NCBI RefSeq assembly: GCF_011386835.1
Contig: NC_088803.1
Coordinates: 54,808,001 to 54,872,000 of the forward strand
Length of the DNA stretch: 64,000 nt
From: Chrysemys picta bellii
Lineage: Eukaryota
Direction of reading: 5' to 3'
Shown piece after piece: positions 57,431 through 64,000 of the stretch. A program made the position numbers and the translations under genes. A model generated the notes under the pieces. The model worked only from the letters and a program-made list of their open reading frames with translations. It did no database searches and was not told where the DNA came from. Within the stretch, counting starts at the first letter, position 1. Each line of letters begins with the position of its first letter.

Positions 57431-59199
57431 AAGACCAATCCCTGAGGAACTCCACTAGTAACTCCACTCCCTCCAGCCTGACCCTTCACCTTTCAGTACT
57501 GCCCGTGGTAGTCTCCCCTTTAACTCACGGTTAAGGGAGTTGAATGCTGCCCTGGAGAATTGGATTCTGTCCCTGCCTGAGCCACGAAGTACTTTACTGT
57601 TACACGGGGCAAGTCATTGAAACCAGACTTTTCACATGTGGCCACTAACTGTATTCCTCATTTTTTTGGGTGTCTGGTGTGAGATGGTTGGGTCTGCAGT
57701 GCTCAGAGCTGAACTGAAGTCACCGAGAGCGATGCTTTGAACATAAACAGTGCTCTATAATGCTAAGCACTCTGAAAAACCAGATACCAGTGTCTCAAAT
57801 TGGGCACCAAAATTAGTGGGAAGTTTTGACCTTAGCCGCCCTGTGCCTCAGTTCCCCATCTAGGAAATGAGGATAATTATGCACCCATCTCCTACTCCCC
57901 CGCCCCCCGGCGCTTAGGTGTTCAGGTCAGTTTCTACTCTCTCCCTCCTGTCCTCAGCACTGCTGCCTCGCTAGCTTTGTGCTGTCTCCCTGGCAGCTGC
58001 ACGGGCAAGGAGGGGTGTTTGCAATGCTGTCTCCGCCTCTGTCTTGTAGGGCTGTCGATCCAGCACCCTTCATCAGCACTGGATTTCACTCCAAATGTGC
58101 GACAGAACTGATCTGGGTGGGAGCTGCTGCAGCTGCCCTTCCACCTGAGGGAGCCAGGCTGCCTGACATCCTTTGCCCCGAGCTGATCCTGGTGCATAAA
58201 GAGGGGTGCGAAAAGGAATTGGGTTGGTTTGAGCTCCAGCAGAAACTCGACAGCGAAAGTGCAGTGTGCCAATGGGGAAAGGGGGCCAGGGCAGAGAGCT
58301 GGGCCATGGTCCTGCCTCAGTCCCGGGGAGGAGCTTGGATGCCCCAGTGGTAGATTACATCTGTGATGGAGTCCTAGGCTGCAGGCAGGTTTGTGCTGGG
58401 TGTGGGGCTCTTTAGTTCCCTAGAAATCCCAGGTGCTTTGAGTGGAGTGTTTCAGGTCTGGGATCTAGGACAGATGGCACGTGTCTGAGTCACCTGCGCC
58501 CCTTACGTTTTCATTCCTGGGGCGGGCTCCCTGCAGCCCCTGGGAGGAGAGACCGAGGAGCGGCCAGGCGGGATTGGGCTCAGGCTTGTCTGTTGCAATA
58601 TCTTCCTAGAGTCAGGCGCGCCACCAGCGTTTCTGCCGCCCTAGGCGCCAGAAGGTCCTGCCCTGAAATGCCGCCGCGGTCGCCACCCACCACATTGTAG
58701 CACTCTAGGCCACCGCCTAGGTCGCCTAATGGGTTGTGCCAGCCCTGCCTGGAGTGAAAGCCTTGTGCTCGGAGAACCGCCCTTGGCCTGGCCTGGGGGG
58801 TGGCACAGCACCACCGTAGCTCCGGGAAAGCAGCATGTGTTGGGCCCAAGGCCTAGGAAATGAAGAGGGTTTATTCTGCACTTGCATAACGTGCCCCTAG
58901 GCCGCTGGAGTGCAGCTCTGAGGATGGGAGCTGGGGCCCTGCTCACCTCCAGGCCTGCCACGCGCGGCTGAGGCTGGGTCTGCCCTGCGAGCTGGAGGGA
59001 TGACTGAGGCCCAGGGGTTAGTCGTTATCAGCCCTGTCGCAGCTGAGCAGGGCTGCGGAGCGACGCTGGACTAAGCCCTGCTGGAGCTGCCTGCAGCCGC
59101 CTCTGCCCCAAGCCAACCACTGAGTGGGGGTGGGAGTTAGTGTTTGTACAGCGCCGGGCACAGCGGGGCCCTGGTCTGAGCAATACAAGTAACGGTTCA

Positions 59200-59900
59200 A
59201 GCGGCGTTTTACCAATTCTCCCCCCCACCACGCGCGCTCGTCTCCCTTCCCCCGCCCAACAGCCCGTCTGCGTCCTGGCGAGGGGGCAGGGCTGGAGCAG
59301 CGGCGGGTGGCGGGGCGGCCCCTTCCCTTCCCCAGGGGCTGAGCCGGGCCGGGCCGGTCCCCCCAGCCCCTCCGCTCCTCGCTGCCATGCCAACGCCGGG
59401 GCGGATGCTCGCAGCCTCCGTGCGTCGGGGGCCGGCTGCGCGCGGGGCCGGGCAGGGCTCGGCCGGCGCCACGGGGCGCGCACACGGCCCCGCCGCAGCC
59501 CGGGCTCCCGGCGAGCAGGTGAGCGGCCCTGGCCCGCGGGGGGACCCGCCGGCCGCGGGAGGAGGGGGCCGGGCTCCCCCGCCCTGCCCCGGGCCGCTCC
59601 GGCACGCCCTGCCCGGCTCCAGCGCCGCGTCCGGCGGGAGGGGCGCAGACGGGGGTCTCAGGCCTCTGCCTCGCTCCCCACGGGGCCCCGGGTGCCCGGC
59701 GCTGCCAGGCCTGGCCTTTGGCGCGGGCTCCTGCTTCTACCTGAGAGGCGGCAGCCCCAGGTTCTCGAAACCGGCCGGTGCCCGGGGAGCTGGGCAGCCC
59801 TCGCCGCGCCATGCCCCAGCCGTGCCGGGCACACGCAGGCGCTGCAGTGTCCCAGCCTGGGTCGCACAGCGGCTGGGCCCTGCACAAACCTTCTAGGCCC
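59200..59900 (+). promoter_or_regulatory. CpG island, probable promoter and non-coding exon 1 of the RNF182-like gene
   Basis: Dense CpG and GC boxes, donor CAG|GTGAGC at 59518/59519, and acceptor CTTCTCTCCAG| at 60289, 30 nt before the ATG. Confidence 0.65.
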
Positions 59901-60319
59901 CTGGCTGAGCCGGGGGGCTGGTCGCTGCCGCCCCAGGGAGGGAGCTCAGAGCCTCTGCCCAGGCAGCTGCCACGGCTCGGTGCAGGGGCAGCAGGTGCCA
60001 GCTCTGATGACGTCCTGTGATGTGCACACCTGCCAGGAGGCCGGGGCCGCACGCCAGCCCAGGCGGGATAGGGCAGGGTCCGAGCGAAGGGCTCTCCTTG
60101 GCTCCCTGCACTGCACAGCCCCCTGAATTGCTGCCCCGAACGAGGCCCCTCACCCTTTCTAGCCTGGGGTGGCTTTGCTGGAGGCCCCGAGGGAGGGGCA
60201 GGGCACTTGGGACTCTGCTTACAAACCCTTTACTCATGGAGGTCTCCCCGTCCCTCTCCCCAGGCTGGGCTCTAGGACCTTCTCTCCAGGAGCTCCGAGC
60301 GGCTTCCGGAAGGGAGACC

Positions 60320-61051
60320 ATGAGCCACAAGGATGGCAAGCTGGAGAGCTGCCAGCCGCTGGTGTTCACGGCGCACGAGCTGGAGTGCAAGATCTGCTAC
60401 AATCGCTACGACGCACGGGCCCGCAAGCCCAAGCTCCTCAGCTGCTGCCACCGGGTCTGCGCCAAGTGCCTGCGCAAGATGGTGGCCATGGGGGAGTCCT
60501 CGCCCCGCCTGCTCAGCTGCCCTTTCTGCCGGCAGGAGACCCAGGTCCCCGAGGAGGACGTGCAGCTGCTCCAGGATGACAGCAAGGTGCTGGCAGTGCT
60601 GACATACCACGAGCGGGCACAGAAGCGAGGCACTCTGCCCTCCCCTGAGGTCATCCTGTGCCCCAGCGTCCTGGAGCCCTCCCGCAGCTCCTCTGACTGC
60701 CTGGTCATCACCATCCTGGAGGTGCCAGAGGACGTGGCGCCCCCCGAAGGCCTGGGCATGCTGGACATGATACGCCTGTACCGCCCCACCAGCCTGGACT
60801 CGCTGCCCTGCCGCGGCCCCATCCAGAAATGCCGCTCTTGCACCTGGCATGCCATACCCCACTTCATCCTCTGGATGCTTTGCCTCATCTACTTCAGCTC
60901 CCTGCCCTTCGGCATCTACCTCCTGCTCATTGAGCGCCACAACCTGGGCATCGTGCTGGTCAGCCTGGTGCCCTCCACCCTCCTTCTCTGTGTCTTTTAC
61001 AGCTTCTGCCAGTGTCTGTGCCGTGAGATCTTCGAGTTCCCCTCCACCTGA
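60320..61051 (+). CDS. RNF182-like RING-HC E3 ubiquitin ligase with two C-terminal transmembrane helices, 243 aa, single coding exon
   Basis: ELECKICYNRY...KPKLLSCCHRVCAKCL...CPFCRQET (C3HC4), SSDCLVITILEV, LYFSSLPFGIYLL and VSLVPS...FCQCLC closely parallel recalled human RNF182. Good Kozak context (ACCATGA). Orthology is uncertain, so no symbol is given. Confidence 0.92.
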   Translation: MSHKDGKLESCQPLVFTAHELECKICYNRYDARARKPKLLSCCHRVCAKCLRKMVAMGESSPRLLSCPFCRQETQVPEEDVQLLQDDSKVLAVLTYHERAQKRGTLPSPEVILCPSVLEPSRSSSDCLVITILEVPEDVAPPEGLGMLDMIRLYRPTSLDSLPCRGPIQKCRSCTWHAIPHFILWMLCLIYFSSLPFGIYLLLIERHNLGIVLVSLVPSTLLLCVFYSFCQCLCREIFEFPST

Positions 61052-61208
61052 GCCTGCTGCTCCCCTGTGTCCTGCAGGCACCAGGCCCTGGCCCTGCACT
61101 GCCTGGACCTCCCCGAGGCTGTGCCCTGTGCCTGGGGCTGGCCGAGAGCATCCCCTCTCAGGGCTTGCCAGCCCCCACAGTTACTGCAGGGAGACGGGAG
61201 ATGGCAGG

Positions 61209-62487
61209 GTGGGAGGGTCCAGGTGCAGCTGAGCGACTGGTTGGACACGAAGCGAGTACTGAGCACCTGTCGTCTTCCCTTGCAGAGAGGAGATGTACTA
61301 CAAAGCCGTGCACAACACTGCTATCATCTTCCTACAAAACAACGCAGGCTTCACCAAGTGGGAGCCCACGCCAGAGCGGCTGCAGGAGCTCGTCACAGCC
61401 TATAAGCACTCGGGACGGACCCTCAGTTCCACGGGTTCCTCCTCCACCTCCTCTTCCTCCTCCACCTCTTCCTCGACAGCAGAGAAAGATCGGGAGACGG
61501 GCGGAGAGCAAAGCACCAGCCGGGAGACCAATGCCAATTAATCTGCAGAGAGCAGTGTGTGGGGACAGACAGCAGGGGGCGAAGGGAACAGTGCTCCAGA
61601 GGAGGGGAGGTTTGATGTGGCAGGTGGAGAGACTGCTGGCTGTGTAGTGCCAGGCCTGGGGGACTCTCTTCAGGCAGCTCCACACTGCTTGCTTTCCTCT
61701 GTAAACCTGCAAGGCCACTTTCCTCACCCGAGTGGAGGGAGATTCCCTCGCCTTATGCCCCGTGGGAAGAAGATCGGCTGCTGCCCTAGACGAGGGGCAA
61801 AGAAGCCAAACGTCGCAGTCATAGGAAGAGTCTGTAGCCCCTTCAAACACTAAAGCTCTGAGGAAGAGGCAGCTGGAGCTGGGACGGATGAAGGAAGGAC
61901 GGACGGACTGACAGACAGAGCTGTGGCCTAGCAGGTCCCTGGCAGCTGGCTGAAGCCTGTCGTTTCCAAGAGAAAAGCCGGCAGGGGCCAGAGGCTCTTC
62001 CTGCTGGCTGGGCACAGAACCCAGCTCCGTGTTCACAGGGTCAATAGTTCTGTCCGTGGCGACCAGGCTCCCTGCAGGGTTTGTTTCCGTAGCGTCCATG
62101 TTTCCTTTCCACATGTGCGAGTTCCGTGTTTGCCGAAGCTGTTTACCATATACAAGAAAAGCAGAGAAAAGGAATTTCTTGTTGTGTGTAAAAACGTCTT
62201 TGCAGCTGTTTTGTAGTCGTTGTGGTTTTTACCCAGAGCCCTCTGGGCTTTATTTAACCTCCTTGGGTTTTGTTTTTTAAGGATTAATTTAACCCCGCTA
62301 ACCGTTTTATTACTTTTATCAAAGAAAGCAAAGGAAAGTCTATTTTTGATTTTTGTTTCCTAGTTCTTAGGGACATTAAAAACCAGCATTACAGCTCCCC
62401 TTGGTGTCGGTGCTATTCCTCATCTGGGGGGCTGGGGACTGTCTGTGGGAGGCAGGGCCTGCCCTGCCCGCCCGCCCTCAGATTCAC
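61209..62487 (+). other. Direct duplicate of PCIF1 terminal intron end + last exon + 3' UTR + poly(A) signal (source about 51699-52978)
   Basis: Exon copy 61286-61541 encodes the same C-terminal peptide as 51782-52037 (offset 9504). It has an intact CCCTTGCAG acceptor and ATTAAA at 62375-62380. I counted 7 substitutions over about 1.18 kb. Confidence 0.97.
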
Positions 62488-62877
62488 CCTCTTCTGCTCT
62501 CTCCTGCTGTGCCCCTGAGCTCGCTGACCCGGCTGCTGGAGCATGGGGGGGATGGAGGAGGAAGCCCCCAGCCCATGTGATCATTATTTTCACTCTTTGT
62601 CTTGGAGCGTCTTCCGGTGCAAACCACAGGCTTGTTGCTAGCCGTGTCTGCCCTGCGTGTTACTGGGGCTGTTGGCCGGCCAGACCCTTCTACAGAGGTG
62701 AGGCTGCGTCCTGCCCTGCTGGCTTTGGGACTCCCCAGCAGCTGCGTGGTCTCCACGGTCCGCAGCCGGGCTATAATCTAGACCCCACCACGGCTGTAAT
62801 GGACGGTTCGCTGCAGTAGCAGGAGGATTTATATCCCCGGTGAGCCACACACGGCCATGGAGCTGTGGAGCCCGGCC

Positions 62878-63205
62878 CCGGAGAACCGGGTGCTGGAGAA
62901 CTCAGACCCAGAGAGCTCAGCTCCGGAGAACCGGGCGCCGGAGAACTCAGCCCCGGAGAGCTCAGCTCCGGAGAACCGGGCGCCGGAGAACTCAGACCCA
63001 GAGAGCTCAGCTCCGGAGAACCGGGCGCCGGAGAACTCAGCCCCGGAGAACTGGGCCCCGGAGAACCGGCGCCGGAGAACTCAGATGCAGAGAGCTCAGC
63101 TCCGGAGAACCGGGCGCCGGAGAACTCAGATGCAGAGAGCTCAGCTCTGGAGAACCGGCGCCGGAGAACTCAGCCCCGGAGAACCGGGCCCCGGAGAGCC
63201 CGGCT
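62878..63205 (+). repeat. 15-bp minisatellite, 22 units, with a 45-bp higher-order pattern
   Basis: Units CCGGAGAACCGGGCG / CCGGAGAACTCAGCC / CCAGAGAGCTCAGCT. Two units are 14 bp (near 63058 and 63147). Confidence 0.93.
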
Positions 63206-64000
63206 CATGGCCATGTTGGCACTCGTGCTGGCTGTCACAGGGAGGGCTGTGCAAAGCATTTGCCCACAGTAGGATGCCTGTCCTTCCCACCCTGCAGCCC
63301 AGGATCAGCCCCGTGTGCCAGGAACCCTCAGCCATCAGCGAGGGGGAGGGAGGGGGGTCTCCATGCTCCACCCCCCAGCTCGTGCTGCTCCTGCGGCTAA
63401 GATGCCCTTTGCCACCAGTGAGAACTGAAGCCACACAAGCCTGAAACCTGCCCCAGCCTCTCCAGGTCCCTCACCCCATCTGCTGCCTGGCTCTCAGTGC
63501 CCCCAGGACGCTCCGCTGGCTGGGGGTTGCCCATGGGGATGTCTGTGGGGAGTGGGGCTGGCTGGGCCTGCAGAGGGGAGCGTGGTGGAACAGTTCTGTT
63601 GCTGCATGTGGCAGGCAGCTGTTTCTGGGAGGGGGAGCCCCTGACTTTGGGGGCAGGAGCTCATGGGGAGACCTGACCAAAACTCAGACAGCGTCAGCGC
63701 GGAATGGGGCGGCCCCGGCGCTGCCTCTGGCCTGTGGGGTCCCCGGTCAGCTCCCTGGGGCAGCGCTCTCCGCTGCCAGAGAAACTGCAACGACCCCCTG
63801 CTAGCTCTCAACGCCGGCCCCCAGCCCGCCCCATGGAGTAACCCCCAAGGCCCCTGGGGGGAGCCATTGCCCAAGACACCTGGGTGCTGGGAGGCCTCTT
63901 GTGACTGGCTGTTCCATAGGCTTTTCCTGCCCCATGGATGTTTGAGCCCCATAGGCCGGTGGGGGGGGGGGCAGCGGTGTGGGAACTGGGGGTGCTGCAC

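Noticed and set aside
60272-61099. 275-aa ORF antisense to the RING gene
   Set aside because: It is a shadow ORF produced by the GC3-rich codon usage of the sense gene.
61209-62487. Retrocopy (processed pseudogene) explanation for the PCIF1 duplicate
   Set aside because: The copy includes upstream intron sequence and ~100 bp beyond the poly(A) signal, with no poly(A) tail or evident TSD, so it is a DNA-level duplication.
62500-64000. Expected 3' end of ZNF335 on the minus strand
   Set aside because: I found no recognisable ZNF335 C-terminal exon or C2H2 fingers; it presumably lies beyond the window.

Overview
Vertebrate genomic DNA, very probably a cryptodiran turtle. The evidence is a tortoise Pol III/SINE, turtle-type CR1 tails and hAT/Harbinger MITEs in a GC-rich, gene-dense region. 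The window holds the conserved block NEURL2(-) / CTSA(+) / PLTP(-) / PCIF1(+). I traced the exons by hand: CTSA has 14 coding exons (472 aa), PLTP 15 coding exons (535 aa) and PCIF1 15 coding exons (712 aa), while only the first coding exon of NEURL2 is inside the window. After PCIF1 comes a single-coding-exon RNF182-like RING-HC/transmembrane E3 ligase gene (+). The most unusual structure is a ~1.28 kb direct duplication of the PCIF1 terminal exon, including splice acceptor, C-terminal 85 codons, 3' UTR and poly(A) signal. The copy lies 9,504 bp downstream, about 160 bp after the RNF182-like stop codon, and apparently supplies that gene's 3' end. It is ~99.4% identical in the core but more diverged at the edges. 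Other points: PLTP has a repeat-extended C-terminal tail with two N-glycosylation sequons, an internally deleted hAT transposon abuts the PCIF1 promoter, several transposons are nested, there are G-rich minisatellites, and a 15-bp minisatellite ORF lies at the right end. There are no prokaryotic features (no CRISPR, rRNA or tRNA). All identities come from reading the sequence and recalled family knowledge; no database searches were run.
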